Shown: piece by piece, positions 53,814 to 64,000 of the stretch | Layout of the letters: every line of letters begins with the position of its first letter | Numbering within the stretch: position 1 is the first letter of the stretch | Source of the DNA: a virus | Direction: 5' to 3' (one strand) | Virus record (IMG/VR): IMGVR_UViG_3300032213_003144 | Coordinates: 32,001 to 96,000 of that record | DNA length: 64,000 bases | Notes under the pieces: generated by a model | Told to the model about the DNA's origin: nothing | Databases searched by the model: none | What the model saw: only the letters and a program-made list of their open reading frames with translations | Made by a program: the position numbers and the translations under genes

Positions 53814-55088
53814 CTATCCCAGTGGGTATTCCCCAAGTACCCCGAGTGTCACGTCGTCAAGTGCTAATAAAAATGCCAGCACTGTCAAGTGTGTTATTTT
53901 GTAACCAAGAGGCCTTGATGGTTCAACTGCAGCAAGTACTATGTCGCTTGACTCGCCAACTTCTGCATCCAGGGTTTCGTTTACTATTGTTTGGATTCTT
54001 ATAGCCCATGGGTCGCCTCCGAATTTTGGGGTCAAAGAAACACTTCTGGTCGATGAAGAACCGTCTACTGTTTTTATAAGAACCTGCTTGGCTGATTCAA
54101 GTATCGCCCTTCTACTTCCAGCCCCTCTTCCGTGGTGAGAGCTACTCAGTTGCCACTCTAAAAAATCCCTAATCAAAGATTCGTTATCCAGGTAAAGTGA
54201 TTTATCTGGTAATTGAAAATTTTGTTTTAAAAATTCACCTGTAAATTGAGCCAGCCATGGCATGTACTCAGGCCTTACAGACTGTGGTGATACGAGTGAA
54301 CTTGATGCCCAGTATTCAGTTTTCAAGGACGGTGTATATATTTCATCATTCTCGTAGCCATACATTCTTTGATACTCACGTCGCGCGTCGCCGGCAAATG
54401 CAGTGAGAACGTCAATCAATCTGTAGAAGGGGTATGTTGGCGATGATTGGTCGGAGTCAATAGACCAGTAAAAATCAGGAAGATGATGCCTAAATTGACC
54501 AACAAATGGATTTTCGTAAAAACCAAGTTCCCTTATTAGATGCGCATTTGTCATTCTTATTTGCGTTGCTTCGTGTCCGGTTATTTCTACATCTATATTC
54601 GCATAATGGGTAGATGAATCGTTTGGAACGTAAGCAACATTTGACCAAACACCATTATATTGACCGCTTGATATTTCAGCAATGTTCTCTTCTACTGGAT
54701 AAAAAACCGAAGAAGAAGCCGACTGAGCTATGTTTGTTGATGGATTGACATAATAAACCGCTGAAGCTGAATCAATCCATAATTTTATTGCTACTGTAAC
54801 TTCATCAAGCGTTTTAATTTTTGAGTTAAAAACGAGACCAACACCATTTGTGTCAAGTGGGAGTTCTATGTTCCTTAATTTATATTTTACCGCCAGCGTG
54901 CTCGACGGGCTCGCAATGGCAACAAACCTAGACGTTACGTTTAAGTCTGTCTGAGATATTTCAAGCGTAGCGTTATCTGTTTCCCAGCCAAATGGATATG
55001 TCGTATTTGCGAGTGACACCAATCTGCCGTTTTCGTCATAGACGCTTAATGCGTCATGCCATGGGAGGAGGTTTACGGTTGTTGGCAT
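53814..55088 (-). CDS. Baseplate wedge protein (P2 gpI-like C-terminal region)
   Basis: LPDFY...PWLAQFTG...G-x-x-x-AI...RPLGYKI; follows baseplate J. Confidence 0.7.
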   Translation of the reverse strand: MPTTVNLLPWHDALSVYDENGRLVSLANTTYPFGWETDNATLEISQTDLNVTSRFVAIASPSSTLAVKYKLRNIELPLDTNGVGLVFNSKIKTLDEVTVAIKLWIDSASAVYYVNPSTNIAQSASSSVFYPVEENIAEISSGQYNGVWSNVAYVPNDSSTHYANIDVEITGHEATQIRMTNAHLIRELGFYENPFVGQFRHHLPDFYWSIDSDQSSPTYPFYRLIDVLTAFAGDARREYQRMYGYENDEIYTPSLKTEYWASSSLVSPQSVRPEYMPWLAQFTGEFLKQNFQLPDKSLYLDNESLIRDFLEWQLSSSHHGRGAGSRRAILESAKQVLIKTVDGSSSTRSVSLTPKFGGDPWAIRIQTIVNETLDAEVGESSDIVLAAVEPSRPLGYKITHLTVLAFLLALDDVTLGVLGEYPLG

Positions 55089-56539
55089 TACGACTCAAAT
55101 ACGGTTATGGTCAAAGTTATGTCTTCTGCAGAAATAATCGGCAAAGTACCCTTATTCGCAAACAGCAAGTCTGTTCCGTACTTTGGTAGCCATCCACTAC
55201 CAACTGGGGATATTGAGACAGATTCTACATATATCACACCTGGTATGTTGGCAATTAGTGATACAAGTTGTGTTGTTCTTACCCTATCGAGATTGAAAGG
55301 GAAAACTCCAGGACTCAAGTAGTCTACGAGGGTATCAGTAATAGATGAACTAACAACAGATGTGTCGTATGATTCACTAATAACAACATCTGCTTCAATT
55401 GTTAAATTCACCAATGTTGGGTCTAGGACATTTACTGTTAGCCCGGCAACAGACGAGTCTGACACTTCTGTCTTGATTCCTAGTTTTTCTGTCTGTGTTA
55501 AGAACGTATTCAATCCATAACCAAAAACAGTTACATAACCTGGGTCGTCTTCTCCGGCATAGGCAGAGCCAGTTACTACAGTGCTGGCACTGTTTGAACC
55601 AACAGATGTGAATACTATTGTCGATGCGCTAGTTGCTAAAACTTCAAAATCACCAGAAAAAGGTCCGCAGTTAGAGAGCCTTACAGTATCTCCGGCTATA
55701 AATAAGTGTGGTGCCTGTGTTCGCACTGTACCGATATTCGTTGTTCCATCTCTAAATGTTTTAATTACACCAGCAGTCCTACTTACTGTTATGTCACCGG
55801 AAGTGCTGTCACCGTTTGTTAGGTCATATGAGCGAACTCGTCCAACAACACCAGGAAAAGTTGTAAGAATATACGAATCAAGTTGGCTTGATTTATTTAT
55901 GGTCGAAGACAATGAGCGCAAGTAAGTTGCAGAACGAGACAGATAATCTGAGTCTGTATCTGCGTTTACACCATTAACAAAATTGCTTGGGCTTGCAACA
56001 ATTGCACTAAAAATATTTGTACCAGCAGATATGACATTTAATTCCGCATTAGCTGATATTGGGGGTATTATTCCTAGCGTAAGGCAAGAACAGGTTATTG
56101 TTGCCGCTGGGTAGTCAGGGTCAACTTCTGGGTCAACTTCGGATATCTCTACCGCTTCGAGTGTTTGAAATGCATATTCCTGAAGCTCATCTTCAAAATA
56201 TGTTTCATAGCTAACAACTGTTCCAGCTGGAACAGTTCCGCCACTGTAGCTGTTTAGGGTGAATACGACATCTACCTGTGAGGCCACTCCTTCTTGTCGA
56301 TTAAATCCAAGGATTGCCATTACTCCAGACATCAGTCTGTTCGGTAATCTATTTATTGCTGAAATATTCAATGCGCTCACATATGCCATTGCCTGGAATA
56401 TTGCGTCTTCTGGGGTTCCTGTGCGAAGCTCAAATTGAGGAAGTGAAAGACGTGCAAGTTCAAGAGAATCCCTATAGATATCACCTGGCTCTAAGTCAAA
56501 AACACTTAGGTCTATATAGTTTGAAAAATCTGCAGGCAT
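55088..56539 (-). CDS. Baseplate J-like protein
   Basis: VPAGT-x-V, G-x-x-ADTD-x-DYL-x-R, PG-x-V-x-V, L-x-DYLSP, I-x-x-IPGV-x-YV. Confidence 0.88.
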   Translation of the reverse strand: MPADFSNYIDLSVFDLEPGDIYRDSLELARLSLPQFELRTGTPEDAIFQAMAYVSALNISAINRLPNRLMSGVMAILGFNRQEGVASQVDVVFTLNSYSGGTVPAGTVVSYETYFEDELQEYAFQTLEAVEISEVDPEVDPDYPAATITCSCLTLGIIPPISANAELNVISAGTNIFSAIVASPSNFVNGVNADTDSDYLSRSATYLRSLSSTINKSSQLDSYILTTFPGVVGRVRSYDLTNGDSTSGDITVSRTAGVIKTFRDGTTNIGTVRTQAPHLFIAGDTVRLSNCGPFSGDFEVLATSASTIVFTSVGSNSASTVVTGSAYAGEDDPGYVTVFGYGLNTFLTQTEKLGIKTEVSDSSVAGLTVNVLDPTLVNLTIEADVVISESYDTSVVSSSITDTLVDYLSPGVFPFNLDRVRTTQLVSLIANIPGVIYVESVSISPVGSGWLPKYGTDLLFANKGTLPIISAEDITLTITVFES

Positions 56540-56547
56540 TTGCGCTC

Positions 56548-56844
56548 CTAAACTAGAACATCAAATGCAAATGTAACTTTTGCATTCGAGTCGGAATCTT
56601 CCGTTGTTAATACTGAAGTTATTTTTACTTCTGGCACATACCGCGCGGCATTAAGCACAAATAAGCCTTTGTCTATCCCTCTAAACGCAGGGTCATTAAC
56701 TCCGAATCGTGGGGTAAATGGGTGCGTCATTGGTTCTGTAAGCATGCAGATTGAGAGTAGTTGCGTGTAATATTCGTCGCTACCATCTCGATGTTTTTTA
56801 AAACCAGTGCTATCAAATCTAACTGGGAATGCAATCATGTCCAT
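56548..56844 (-). CDS. Baseplate wedge gp25/GPW-like protein
   Basis: FPVRF...TEP-x-x-HP-x-x-P-x-FG; position just upstream of baseplate J. Confidence 0.75.
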   Translation of the reverse strand: MDMIAFPVRFDSTGFKKHRDGSDEYYTQLLSICMLTEPMTHPFTPRFGVNDPAFRGIDKGLFVLNAARYVPEVKITSVLTTEDSDSNAKVTFAFDVLV

Positions 56845-57224
56845 TATGCGTTCTCCAATGCCGTAACCCGCTGATTAAGAGCTATGATTTGATTTTGAAG
56901 ACTAGTTATTGTTGTTACTAAAGTCTGAACAAGAGTCTTGGATGCATACACATCTTGTTTATTTTTTGCGCTACCAATCACCATGAGTTCTGTAAAAAAT
57001 TCATCAGTAAAAGTGCACTGTACGGAATCCCCTGTAGAAAGCTTGTTGAGCGTCGTTGTTCCAATTGGTGTTATTGGACCATAGCTAGTTCCCAGTTCGT
57101 TAACTTTTACAAAAACTCTTCCAGATGAGTCAACAGAAGTAACTGATGCTTTATAGAAACGGCCAGGAGCCAGTCTATGCGTCGAAGCTTTTTGTGAATT
57201 TACTATGTCTGGTCTTTTTGCCAT
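56844..57224 (-). CDS. Putative baseplate spike (gpV-like OB-fold N-terminus)
   Basis: V-x-SVD-x-x-GRV-x-V...GD-x-V-x-x-x-F...VIG; C-terminal coiled coil; synteny. Confidence 0.6.
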   Translation of the reverse strand: MAKRPDIVNSQKASTHRLAPGRFYKASVTSVDSSGRVFVKVNELGTSYGPITPIGTTTLNKLSTGDSVQCTFTDEFFTELMVIGSAKNKQDVYASKTLVQTLVTTITSLQNQIIALNQRVTALENA

Positions 57225-57256
57225 TTTGACTCCTTTTCTTATTCTATTTTACTTTA

Positions 57257-58987
57257 CTATTGCCACAAAGAATCTGTCCCACCAGGGGTATTTGGAACTA
57301 GGTCCAAATCCCCATTAACAGATGGGAATCTTTTGTAGCAGATTTGCTCCTGCTGCATCGAAATCAATTTTCCATAATCTCTTGCATTTAGTATTGCCTT
57401 CGCCTCTGTGTCGCCACGGACGACACCGAGGTGTCTCCCGGTCCCTAGATATCCACCGGCCGCATTGAATGCGCTTACAATTTCCGCTTCAGTTTTCATC
57501 ACCGCTACTCCATTTTGAGTGAAAATAGAAGGAAGCAATATTGCTCTCCATTCGCTTCCAAACTGCTGGGTAACAGTTATCGAGAAAGTTGTATGTAGGC
57601 CATCAGAAGACGGGAGGGCGGGTCTGTTATATAGGTCCAGATTGCCTACGTAAATAACCGTATCTTTATCATTAGTGCTATTTGAGTTTGGTTTTCCGCC
57701 AGTTATTTCGTTCTTAATCATCGCGTGAACTGATGTTAAATTTGCATAAATCATCGATGGATACGCATACCTAGAAGAGTCTGTTGGAAGTGGGAGTATG
57801 CGAGCGTCAATTTGATTCTTGGTTATTGCTCTCCCTGATGCAGTTTTTGCTTCCTGTATTGTGGTCTGTATCTGTGGTAATCCATTGGCAACATACGTCT
57901 GCGTATAGAGCTGTCCGACTGGTAGAAGTTTTAAATTCTTTTTTTGTTGTTCTGTTCTTTCTGGTGTTCTAAAAGAAATAGAGACAGCATCAGGTGTCAT
58001 TTCATTAAAAGAAACATCTGTAATCAAATAAAATCCAGACATGTTTGGAATTGTTCCAACATAAGCAGTCATCCCAGGTCTTAGCTGAGTTCCATTAACT
58101 CTTTCAACCATGCATGAGCCATCTCCTGCATACGGGTCGTTGTCTGACTTTGTTATGTTTGGATGCTCGGTTAGAAGGAATCTTCCTGGAGTCCCAACGT
58201 AGTCTGGTGAGAAATTAGGGAACTGAAGAGGAATCCATCTCTGCTCCTTAAACCCTTTCTGTTTTCTCTTTCCTGGGTTTGCTGGGTCTGGGACCATTTT
58301 GGGAACAGTTCTTTTATCTACACCCCACTTATGAAGAAGCCATTGTTCTGATGCGAATATTAGGTAACCATCAACTTCATAACAAACAAATTTTGCTGCT
58401 TCTGCTATTCGCTGTATTACATCCCACACCGACTCTGCCTGACGGCTTCCCTTTGTCGATGTTGCTGCTCCACCCTTACTTGATTCCTGGCCGGCAAATT
58501 TAAGACCATACTTTTTTGCTGCGTTTTTTACGTACTGAGCCCCACCACCTTTGATTGTTCCTGGTTTTTTATCTCTCTTCATTTGCTGTACGGCTTTTGT
58601 GTAGCACTTAATTGAGTATGAGCAGCTTCCACCAGGACCTTGAGAGACTGTGACGTTTGCAATTTCAAACAGTTGGGAAACCGGTCTTATCTTTGAACTG
58701 GCCGGGGTTATTTGTCCAATCGCCTGTGTTTGATATATTATGTCTCTACCAAGAGTGAAGTAATTGTTTTTTGACATTGCCAGGCCTGGGTCAAGCACGT
58801 CAAATGAAAGTTCTGAAGCTAAATCCATTGTGTAACTAACGCTTACCTGCGTTACCAAACTGGATAAATCAGTAAATGCCCCACCACCAAAATTCGGAAG
58901 GTCTGCTACAAGTATTTTTCTTTGATGAGGACCAGTAAAATTTCTTGAAAATGCCCAACTCGTATATGTTGAAAGTTCCTGGGCCAC
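57257..58987 (-). CDS. Baseplate hub / tail protein (gp27/GPD-like) with C-terminal extension
   Basis: ES-x-WD-x-x-x-R-x-A...YE-x-DG-x-L-x-F and LRPGMT...G-x-YLIT-x-V motifs; synteny. Confidence 0.72.
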   Translation of the reverse strand: MAQELSTYTSWAFSRNFTGPHQRKILVADLPNFGGGAFTDLSSLVTQVSVSYTMDLASELSFDVLDPGLAMSKNNYFTLGRDIIYQTQAIGQITPASSKIRPVSQLFEIANVTVSQGPGGSCSYSIKCYTKAVQQMKRDKKPGTIKGGGAQYVKNAAKKYGLKFAGQESSKGGAATSTKGSRQAESVWDVIQRIAEAAKFVCYEVDGYLIFASEQWLLHKWGVDKRTVPKMVPDPANPGKRKQKGFKEQRWIPLQFPNFSPDYVGTPGRFLLTEHPNITKSDNDPYAGDGSCMVERVNGTQLRPGMTAYVGTIPNMSGFYLITDVSFNEMTPDAVSISFRTPERTEQQKKNLKLLPVGQLYTQTYVANGLPQIQTTIQEAKTASGRAITKNQIDARILPLPTDSSRYAYPSMIYANLTSVHAMIKNEITGGKPNSNSTNDKDTVIYVGNLDLYNRPALPSSDGLHTTFSITVTQQFGSEWRAILLPSIFTQNGVAVMKTEAEIVSAFNAAGGYLGTGRHLGVVRGDTEAKAILNARDYGKLISMQQEQICYKRFPSVNGDLDLVPNTPGGTDSLWQ

Positions 58988-58989
58988 AA

Positions 58990-60597
58990 TTACGTCCCAG
59001 TTTGTTCATTATTGCAGGTGTTTGTATCACGATTTTTTGTAACACCAGGATTAGACCAAAGTAATGGAACGCATGTTCCTCCTGGCGTGGAAGGAGGTAT
59101 GGTTGGAGTGGATATGTCAGTCAGCCTTGGCAGAACTATCAGATTCGGACCCTCAAGTGGTAATTCTTGAATCGTGAGGTTGCATGTGGCTCTAGCTATC
59201 TCTCCACGTGGAGATGATGCGCTATTGGCGTCTGGTGGCTGTTGAACCCTTTGTACCGAATTTATTGTTAAATCTACAATTGCAAACTCAATCCCGCTTC
59301 CACCAGTCCATGATGGATATATAAGTTGCTCTGTAAACATTTTATCCATACCAAGAAAAATAACTGATTCCGGCCTAGATGCCATCTGTCGTAACATTTT
59401 TAGTTCATCATCACATGAAGTCATTAGATTTGTGTTATCGCCAACCACAAACTCAAATGATATTTTCATAAGTTTGAAATTTCTAAAGTCCACAAATGGG
59501 GTGTTGTTTACTCTGTCTATTTCTGTCCAGTTTGCACCTAGGTCAGTGTATGAAACATTATTTGGATAATATCTAAACTGGAATCTGTCAGGTGTTAATG
59601 AATAGTCACCTTCTGATGTCCTGTAGTACTGGACCATCTCTGCTTTGGTATTGTCACCAAGGGCAAGTATTCTTGAATTAATTGATTTTTTTATGGTTGC
59701 TACTACTGCACGGTTTCTAGTACCACTGTCACGCTGTGCTGATTCTGCCTGTGCTGTAGCAAATGAAGAATTAGTTCCACTAGTAGTCGTGGTTTTTGCA
59801 GTTGTTCCGGCTTTTTTTGTGCTTGGGCCCTTTGCTGCTGCCGTTGGTGATTCAGCTTTTTCAGCAGCTGCATCTTCTGCTGCTATAACCTCTATTGCTG
59901 CACGTTTTGATAGACCTTGTAGCTCTAATTGCTCAATTCTTCTTTTTGTAAAATTTTCAAGATTTAATTCTTGAGCTTCACCAGTAAACTTTGAATATCT
60001 ATCCATTGAATATAATTCACCATATTGAGCTGCAGCAATTGTTTTTGATACTGGATAGAACCTTTTTTGTGCAGGATGGTACCAATATGGCGTGTAGTTG
60101 CTTTGAAGTGTGTCGCTTTGTTTTCTCCATTTGTTAAGAACATTAGTCTTATATGGATTTTTGTTATCAGGCAATCCAGTGTCCGACCAGTTAAAAACTT
60201 CTGAGGTAATGCTATATATCTCATTTGCATAAACAAAAGAAGAAATACCTACAGCATCAAGCTGGTACCTACCCCCGGTTTGTGGTTGGTTTGTGTAACT
60301 TGGCAGAACAAGTTCTGGAGTTGATTTAGGTTTTTGTTCTTGAAAAGTTAATTCATCACCATCGTTGTAAACGATATAACTATTATCAGAAATACTTGCA
60401 CCAGCTGTTGAGTATGGATACCAGTACTTAACGTTAGAAAAAGATGGAAGCAATGTCCAGCTAGAACCAGGAGGGAACCAGGTAATATTATTTTGAGCAA
60501 CAAATTTTTGTTTTATTGGGTAGCTTTTTTTTATGCTTTCAGGGGAGCTTAATGTGTACCCAATAGTCCCAAGATAAACGTCACCTCTACTAGGCAT
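58990..60597 (-). CDS. Tail tube initiator / baseplate-associated protein
   Basis: F-x-F-x-Y-x-PNNVSY...W-x-EI-x-R...I-x-DL-x-I...A-x-C-x-LT-x-QE; directly after the tape measure gene. Confidence 0.6.
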   Translation of the reverse strand: MPSRGDVYLGTIGYTLSSPESIKKSYPIKQKFVAQNNITWFPPGSSWTLLPSFSNVKYWYPYSTAGASISDNSYIVYNDGDELTFQEQKPKSTPELVLPSYTNQPQTGGRYQLDAVGISSFVYANEIYSITSEVFNWSDTGLPDNKNPYKTNVLNKWRKQSDTLQSNYTPYWYHPAQKRFYPVSKTIAAAQYGELYSMDRYSKFTGEAQELNLENFTKRRIEQLELQGLSKRAAIEVIAAEDAAAEKAESPTAAAKGPSTKKAGTTAKTTTTSGTNSSFATAQAESAQRDSGTRNRAVVATIKKSINSRILALGDNTKAEMVQYYRTSEGDYSLTPDRFQFRYYPNNVSYTDLGANWTEIDRVNNTPFVDFRNFKLMKISFEFVVGDNTNLMTSCDDELKMLRQMASRPESVIFLGMDKMFTEQLIYPSWTGGSGIEFAIVDLTINSVQRVQQPPDANSASSPRGEIARATCNLTIQELPLEGPNLIVLPRLTDISTPTIPPSTPGGTCVPLLWSNPGVTKNRDTNTCNNEQTGT

Positions 60598-63500
60598 TAC
60601 GAACGCTCCTGCATTTTTCTCTGCTCGTCTTTGAGTTTCATCATCACCATGTTTGCAACCTGCTCTGGTGAGCCGTTTCCTCCACTTACGTTTATCGACA
60701 CCGTCATTGTGTTCGAGTTTGAGGAGCCACCAGAACCACCGGAAGTCATCCTCGACATTGATGGGACCGCTGTGTCCCCATATCCTGCACCAGGAACAAC
60801 ATGCAGGTGTCGGTCTGCAAGTGTTCCGTGGAATTCAGCAAAGCCACCATTGGCATGAACTAGACGTTGATACTGACCAAGGTTTTGTCCTATTAGGTCG
60901 TATGCCTTTCCTGTTACGTGGTCGGAGTTTATTGAACCAAGTGCGGTATTCCTCCACGCCGATGTAATGGTTCTCTTGCCAGTTAGTTGCGAGTTCATTG
61001 CTCCATGGCGGGCCATTGTTTGGGATAGACGGCTTGATGTTGTGTCTCCACGTGGGGTTGATGTGTCGGTGGACTTGTACCAATCTGGTTTCTGGTCCCA
61101 CCATTCTGGTTTGTCGCTTTTCCCTGTGAAGAATCCCTTTGTCGCATCGGTGAACTGTTTGACTCCAGCTTTAAATTCATCGCTGGCATCACTCATTCTG
61201 TTGGCTACTTCATCGAGGTCCTTTGCACCACCATCACCAGTTAAATCTTCAAGTGCTGTTGTTGTCAATCCGCCAAGTCCAGCTTGATTTAAGGCGAAGC
61301 TCAAGGCGTTGCCCTTATCTTGATTTCCTGTAGCTGAAAAGTCAAGTTCCCCAGCTTGCATTTTTCGCAAGAAATCAGCAAACTTTGTTGGGTCTTCCTT
61401 CGACATTGTCGTAAGTCGTTCTTTAATCTGTCCAGCATCTCCAGAGAAACCAGCTTCAGTTAATAGACCTGAAACCTGGGTGGTTGCTGTTCCAAGAACT
61501 TCCTTGCTCATGGTTGCCATTTGTTTTTTGAGTATTTCATTTGAAAGAACGTCTTTACCCATTCCCTCAAACGTCGCACCCTTAGCAAAGGCACCTCCTT
61601 CTTCACCTTGACCAAATAGATTTTGTGTTGAAAGGTATGCCTCGATGGGGTCGTTACCAGATGCAGCAAGTGCTTGAGTAAAGTAGCTTTCAAAATAATC
61701 ATTAGTTGCTTGTGTCTTTTCCTCACCACCAAGACCGCCTGAAAGCATTTGGTCTCTGAATCCTTGGGAGGACTGGTTAATTGTCTTCTGTGCTTCCTGC
61801 TGTGTGCGTGCTTTTGTAAACAAGTTTGAACCAGCAAGGAATATGTCCGTAAAAGCTTGCTTCATTTGGTCTGCCGATTTGCCCGCAGCCAGTCCCATAC
61901 CCTTAAGTGCATCAGTAAATTTAATTGTTGTGTCGTAGAGGTTGAACCCCAATTCGTGGGCCATCTTTTCAAGCTCCGGAATTGACTTTCCTGACATTTT
62001 TACAAACTGGTCAAGACGGTTTGTTATAACTCTGTCCTGCATTTGATAAGCACTTGTCTCACCTTTTGAAACAGTTCCGGCTGCATTTAATGCAGCCTGT
62101 ACGGCTCCGTCATTCTTAAACATGTCCTTGCGTTCTTTTTCTGTTGTAACAACACCCATTTTTTCTTGATTATTTAGTACCTGCTCCAAAAGCGCTTTAT
62201 TGGATGCAATATCCCCAACAGTTCCACCAGTTTTTACCTTGCCAGTAACCATTGCTTTTATGTTCGCTGCTTTTGATAAATAACCTGCTCCAATACCCTC
62301 GAATGAACCTCTATCCTTCATCGTCGATGTGTCGTACCCTGATTCTTGCAATGCCTTGAGGTTGTCTTGGCTTCTAAAGAATTTTCCTGCACCTTGCTTA
62401 ACAACAGAAGAGAAAACTTCAGCCATGTTGTTCTTCATGGCTTCTTTTGCTTTCTTGGCTTCTTCTTTTCCTTTGTTAATCATTCCTTTGAACGCACCAG
62501 CAAGTCCGCCGATTACTGCTCCAGCAAGAGCTCCGTATGGTCCAAGATATGAACCAAGTGCAGCGCCACCAGCTGCTCCGGCCATTGCTCCAGCACCAGC
62601 GCTCTTTGCGTTCCACGCCCCACCAAGTCCTGCTACAGCAAGACCTGCTCTAGCATCAAACTGAGAAACCATGCCACCAAGAGCCATCGCTCCTTGCATT
62701 TCTTCTGGTGCGTACTGGCTGGCTAACCCAAGACCCATACTCGCACCCATCTTGCCGCCCATGCTCTTTCCAAATTTATTTGATGCAGCGCCAAATTTTG
62801 TTTCGTTACGATTAATTCTATTCAAGTCTCTAGCAAGATTTATTCTTTCAATCTTTCTAGCCATGAATCCAGTTCTTCCAGTTCCACCATCAGCAACCGA
62901 CATTTGCGAATGTTTGTAACGAGAGATTGCACTATCGCGTAGTTCTCCGGCATTTACATAACCACCAATTGTTGCCTGCTTAACATCTCGCAGTTCTAAA
63001 GGTGTTTTTCCTTTGTACTTTGATGGGTCACTAACTGTCTTACCAGTTTTTGGATTGTAGTGTTCCTGTCTTACGCTCCCGTCGGAGTTGTACATAAGTG
63101 TTTCTGACTGCATATTCGGGTCATATCTACCCTGCAGTCCGTGCGCCATCAAACCAGCCCCAGCGCCATACGCTTTAAGTCCAGCTCCAGTAACTCTGTC
63201 TGTTACTGCTTGACCAAAGTCTCTTAGTGCAGAGCCTCTAACATCTCTAAAACTTGTTCCCTCGGCAGCGGCCAGGCGGGCTGCCCTTGCTCTTCTTACG
63301 GCAGATGTGCCAGAACCAGGTGCACCCTTTGGGATTATTGCTGCAGCAGCATCTCTTCTTTCTCTCGCAACTGCGGCGTTATACGCACGGTCTTCGGCAT
63401 TCTTCTCTCTTTGTGCGTGTCTTTCGCTATACCATGACCCAGCAGCCTGGTCCATGGTGAGGGCTTTACCCATGCCCATTGCTCCGCGCATCGAGTAATT

Positions 63501-64000
63501 ATTGAATGGGTCAAGAGAAACCGCACCACCACCTCTGAATGCGCTAAGAGCTTTTTGGTCATAGGCCTCACCGCTTATGTTCCCCTTATTGAAACTGTTT
63601 CTTCTTGCCGTATGGCTCATGTCTGTGACATGTCCTGCTGTTCTGACTGTCCCATCTGCGTTATAGGTTCTCCCATTAGATATTCCTACTATCCCGCGTT
63701 GACCCATAAATGAAGTATTTCTCTGCGCCCCTAGCATGTATCCAGCCCCTACGGCACTAGCAGAACCAGCTCTGGCCCCAGACGCAAGTGATGGACCTCC
63801 TGGCCCAACTACAGCACCTCTGCCACCAGGCCCAACAGGACCTGGGACCCTTCCACCGCCAGCTCCAGGAACCGGGCTACCACCAATGCTTACCGTTCCT
63901 GCTGTTACGTTCATTTGCTGGGTTTTTAGTCTTCCGGCTTCTGGTGCCATTCTTCCACTAACTTTCCCCATGGTTCGCCCAGCAAGACTAAAAGCAAGAA
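60597..64000 (-). CDS. Tape measure protein (C-terminal part) with a C-terminal M15-like peptidase domain; 5' end outside the window
   Basis: Frame open to the window end; long Ala/Gly-rich helical region; GAALG...GALAGAVIGG segment; ITS-x-x-R...SDH-x6-D...HLH; terminal V-x-INV-x-G. Confidence 0.85.
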   Translation of the reverse strand, partial: LAFSLAGRTMGKVSGRMAPEAGRLKTQQMNVTAGTVSIGGSPVPGAGGGRVPGPVGPGGRGAVVGPGGPSLASGARAGSASAVGAGYMLGAQRNTSFMGQRGIVGISNGRTYNADGTVRTAGHVTDMSHTARRNSFNKGNISGEAYDQKALSAFRGGGAVSLDPFNNYSMRGAMGMGKALTMDQAAGSWYSERHAQREKNAEDRAYNAAVARERRDAAAAIIPKGAPGSGTSAVRRARAARLAAAEGTSFRDVRGSALRDFGQAVTDRVTGAGLKAYGAGAGLMAHGLQGRYDPNMQSETLMYNSDGSVRQEHYNPKTGKTVSDPSKYKGKTPLELRDVKQATIGGYVNAGELRDSAISRYKHSQMSVADGGTGRTGFMARKIERINLARDLNRINRNETKFGAASNKFGKSMGGKMGASMGLGLASQYAPEEMQGAMALGGMVSQFDARAGLAVAGLGGAWNAKSAGAGAMAGAAGGAALGSYLGPYGALAGAVIGGLAGAFKGMINKGKEEAKKAKEAMKNNMAEVFSSVVKQGAGKFFRSQDNLKALQESGYDTSTMKDRGSFEGIGAGYLSKAANIKAMVTGKVKTGGTVGDIASNKALLEQVLNNQEKMGVVTTEKERKDMFKNDGAVQAALNAAGTVSKGETSAYQMQDRVITNRLDQFVKMSGKSIPELEKMAHELGFNLYDTTIKFTDALKGMGLAAGKSADQMKQAFTDIFLAGSNLFTKARTQQEAQKTINQSSQGFRDQMLSGGLGGEEKTQATNDYFESYFTQALAASGNDPIEAYLSTQNLFGQGEEGGAFAKGATFEGMGKDVLSNEILKKQMATMSKEVLGTATTQVSGLLTEAGFSGDAGQIKERLTTMSKEDPTKFADFLRKMQAGELDFSATGNQDKGNALSFALNQAGLGGLTTTALEDLTGDGGAKDLDEVANRMSDASDEFKAGVKQFTDATKGFFTGKSDKPEWWDQKPDWYKSTDTSTPRGDTTSSRLSQTMARHGAMNSQLTGKRTITSAWRNTALGSINSDHVTGKAYDLIGQNLGQYQRLVHANGGFAEFHGTLADRHLHVVPGAGYGDTAVPSMSRMTSGGSGGSSNSNTMTVSINVSGGNGSPEQVANMVMMKLKDEQRKMQERS

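Larger units (their letters stand above)
1..64000. mobile_element. Segment of a large tailed phage genome (contractile tail likely; actinobacterial host likely)
   Basis: Baseplate-J/gp25/hub/tape-measure genes, many tail-fibre genes, endolysin, holin, WhiB; dense gene packing with ATGA-type overlaps; no cellular housekeeping operons. Confidence 0.93.

Noticed and set aside
53774-53836. N-terminal extension of the 52802 tail gene in the ORF track
   Set aside because: Overlaps the upstream gene; a better start with GGAG RBS and TACAAT -10 exists at 53773
1-64000. Alternative genetic code or stop-codon reassignment
   Set aside because: Standard-code ORFs tile the window densely and end in TAA, TAG and TGA
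1-64000. tRNA, rRNA or structured ncRNA genes
   Set aside because: Intergenic gaps are short and none showed a recognisable cloverleaf or rRNA sequence by eye; a covariance-model scan was not possible

Overview
The window is a 64-kb piece of a large tailed-phage genome, probably a contractile-tailed myovirus. A WhiB gene, an r1t-type holin, an M15 endolysin and many leaderless-type TAnnnT-N6-ATG promoters point to an actinobacterial host. Layout, left to right: (i) small regulatory and accessory genes (helicase-loader-like fragment, two ribbon-helix-helix proteins, WhiB, HslV-like Ntn protease, metallophosphoesterase, winged helix); (ii) lysis genes and a 1391-aa membrane-anchored, Thr-rich surface protein; (iii) a five-gene glycosylation cassette; (iv) a + strand run of tail-fibre and adaptor genes ending in an FN3 protein with a C-terminal (PPxF)13 repeat; (v) about 20 kb of tailoring enzymes, namely 15 2OG-Fe(II) oxygenases (mostly prolyl-4-hydroxylase-like), a GT60/Skp1-hydroxyproline GlcNAc-transferase-like enzyme, 2 sulfotransferase-like proteins, a methyltransferase-like protein, cfa, a desaturase, a GPx-like protein and an NAD(P)-binding protein; (vi) a - strand module running tape measure, baseplate, tail fibre and ending in a second FN3 protein with PPxF repeats. 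The main candidate for a new system is this arrangement. Two convergent structural operons each end in a PPxF-repeat virion-tip protein and run straight into prolyl-hydroxylase, Hyp-glycosyltransferase and sulfotransferase genes. That suggests a phage-encoded hydroxyproline-glycosylation pathway acting on its own tail proteins. All family calls come from motif recognition by eye; no database searches were run.
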